The position numbers were made by a program, and so were the translations under genes. Below are positions 62,471 to 64,000 of a stretch of 64,000 nt of DNA, in pieces. The stretch covers positions 348 to 64,347 of the forward strand of contig DATNIW010000073.1 of the NCBI GenBank assembly GCA_035604215.1. Reading direction: 5' to 3'. Source of the stretch: Fibrobacteria bacterium (GTDB taxonomy: Bacteria > Fibrobacterota > Fibrobacteria > UBA5070). Below the pieces are notes generated by a model, which saw only the letters and a program-made list of their open reading frames with translations, was not told the DNA's origin and ran no database searches. Numbering within the stretch: the stretch's first letter is position 1; each line of letters begins with the position of its first letter.

Positions 62471-64000
62471 TCACTTCTTGACGAAGATCTCTTCGATGTC
62501 GTGCAGCGCGCCGCCCAGCGGCGTCGGATCCACGTTCCCGAAGCGGTCGCGAACGGCCGTCATGTACTCGGGATGGCCCAGGTACACCATGGGTTGCTCC
62601 TCGCGCACCACGGCCTGGAGTCGGTCGTAGGCGCGCTTGCGCACGGTGGTGTCCACGCTGCGCACCCCCGCCGAAACCAAGCTGTCGAGCTCCCGCTCCC
62701 ACGGGGTGGACGGCGTCCTCTGGCGCGGATACCATTCGTGGGTGCGCCCCGAACTGATCCACACGTTGGCTCCGAAATGGGGCTCCGAGCCGCCCGTCAG
62801 TCCGAGCATGACCACGTCCCAGTCGAAGGTGGCGTCCAGACGGCTGACCAGGGCGTTGAACTCCACCTGGGTGAACACCACGTCGATCCCGAGCGAGGTC
62901 AGGTCCTTGCGGACCAGGCCGGCGGTCTCGATCCGCGACTGGTTCTCCGCGTTGGTGAGCAGCGTGAACTTGATCGGATTCCCCTTCGGGTCGCGGAGCT
63001 TGCCGTCCGACCCGAGAACGTACCCGCCCGCGGCGAGTTCCGCGCGCGCGCTGTCGAGGTTCCGCACCAGCGGGGGCAGCTTGGAATTCCACCAATATCC
63101 GGAACTCGGGGAGAAAGGACCGTTGGCGTCCGACCCAAGGCCGTTCCAGACGATGTCGCGGATGGCCTTGCGGTCGATGGCCCAGCTCACGGCGCGGCGG
63201 AAGTGGACGTCGCGGAACCACGCGAGCTTGACGGGATCGACGTAGGGTCTTCCCACCGGATCCCTGTCCATGTTCTGGTTGAAGACCAGGAAGAGCTGCG
63301 CCAGCGTCGGGCCGAGCTTCCGGACGGTGAACTTCCCCTCCTGCTCCAGCGGCTTGATCACGGGAAAGTCCTGGGGCACCACGTCCAGTTCGTCGATCTC
63401 CCCGGCCTTGAACTTCAGGACCTCCGATTTCTGGTCCTGCACGACCGTGACCAGGACGGTGTCCAGATACGGCAGATCCTGTCCTTTCGCGTCCTTCTTC
63501 CAGTAGAACGGATTGCGGACGAACACGCCGCGGCTCCCTCCCTCGTACCGCGAGAGCTTGAAGGGTCCGGTCCCCACCAGCGAGTCGGGCGGGGTGTCGA
63601 TTCCGTAGGCCGAGTTGAAGGCGTGGCCGGTCCGGCCCGAAAGTCGGGCCTTGGAGAGGATGGGAACGCCGCCGACGGCCGAGACGAAGGGACCGAACAC
63701 CGTGGGCAGGCGGAATTCGACGGTGAGAGCATCCAAGGCCCGGACCTCGGGCAGCTTGCCGTCGACCGCCAGGATGTCGCGCATCGCGCATTGGACCGCG
63801 GTGTCGAACACGAGCTTGGTCCAGGTGAAGACCACGTCGTCGGCGCCGAGGGGCGTTCCGTCGTTGAACTTCAGGCCGGGACGAAGGTGGAAGACGAAGA
63901 CCTTGCCGGAGGAATCCACCGTCCAGCTCTCCGCCAAGCCCGGCTTGGGGAGGCCCGTGTGGGCGTCCGCGTCGACGAGACCGGAGAAGATCAGCCCGAC
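62471..64000 (-). CDS. ABC transporter substrate-binding protein, family 5 (OppA/DppA-like), 5'-truncated by the window edge
   Basis: The frame stays open to nt 64000: '...GLIFSGLVDADAHTGLPKPGLAESWTVDSSGKVFVFHLRPGLKFNDGTPL...'. This is a typical SBP_bac_5 core. The start codon lies outside the window. Confidence 0.85.
   Translation of the reverse strand, partial: VGLIFSGLVDADAHTGLPKPGLAESWTVDSSGKVFVFHLRPGLKFNDGTPLGADDVVFTWTKLVFDTAVQCAMRDILAVDGKLPEVRALDALTVEFRLPTVFGPFVSAVGGVPILSKARLSGRTGHAFNSAYGIDTPPDSLVGTGPFKLSRYEGGSRGVFVRNPFYWKKDAKGQDLPYLDTVLVTVVQDQKSEVLKFKAGEIDELDVVPQDFPVIKPLEQEGKFTVRKLGPTLAQLFLVFNQNMDRDPVGRPYVDPVKLAWFRDVHFRRAVSWAIDRKAIRDIVWNGLGSDANGPFSPSSGYWWNSKLPPLVRNLDSARAELAAGGYVLGSDGKLRDPKGNPIKFTLLTNAENQSRIETAGLVRKDLTSLGIDVVFTQVEFNALVSRLDATFDWDVVMLGLTGGSEPHFGANVWISSGRTHEWYPRQRTPSTPWERELDSLVSAGVRSVDTTVRKRAYDRLQAVVREEQPMVYLGHPEYMTAVRDRFGNVDPTPLGGALHDIEEIFVKK

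Overview
This is a gene-dense, high-GC bacterial chromosomal window. Spot counts give about 65-70% GC, with a clear dip in one gene. I found no rRNA, tRNA, CRISPR array, transposase or integrase. Most long ORFs in the six-frame track are antisense or out-of-frame artefacts of the high GC; about 45 genes are real.

Gene order:
- + strand: hisS (5' partial), mutL, a ~2,200-aa SprA-like type IX secretion (T9SS) translocon, rng, argD.
- A tight five-gene minus-strand operon: hypothetical, geranylgeranyl-reductase-like, small hypothetical, N-terminally extended PilT, hemerythrin.
- An overlapping + operon: aroD-like, an HExxH / PD40 / Omp85-barrel chimera, ptsN-like, TagA-like glycosyltransferase, rfbD.
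- A WbaP-like sugar phosphotransferase (-), then dnaA preceded by phased DnaA-box-like 9-mers and not followed by dnaN.
- DUF2147-like (-), DsbA-like (-), SulP permease.
- A coupled trio: lipoprotein, 4-TM Cas4-like Fe-S nuclease-fold protein, RelA/SpoT alarmone synthetase fused to TPR repeats.
- Two tandem giant GH9-family proteins (2,419 and ~2,092 aa) with T9SS-type C-terminal domains, then an HTH-PAS regulator.
- ftsB and dprA (-), an unknown 616-aa protein coupled to an HsdR_N-like mini-nuclease, and glgA (-).
- A four-gene minor-pilin set, motAB, and an Opp/Dpp-type ABC peptide transporter (-; the binding-protein gene is 5' partial at the window edge).

Most interesting observations:
- The membrane Cas4-like / alarmone synthetase-TPR module.
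- The giant GH9 T9SS-cargo pair. Copy 1 has a DAGD->DCGN active-site change, a 645-nt internal duplication and low GC.
- A shared 24-nt palindromic core forming two bidirectional terminators that contain the stop codons of the flanking genes.
- A promoter-plus-terminator mini-unit upstream of sprA.
- The candidate oriC region upstream of dnaA.
- The protease-propeller-Omp85 chimera.

All functional calls rest on motifs I recognised by eye in the translations. No database search was run.
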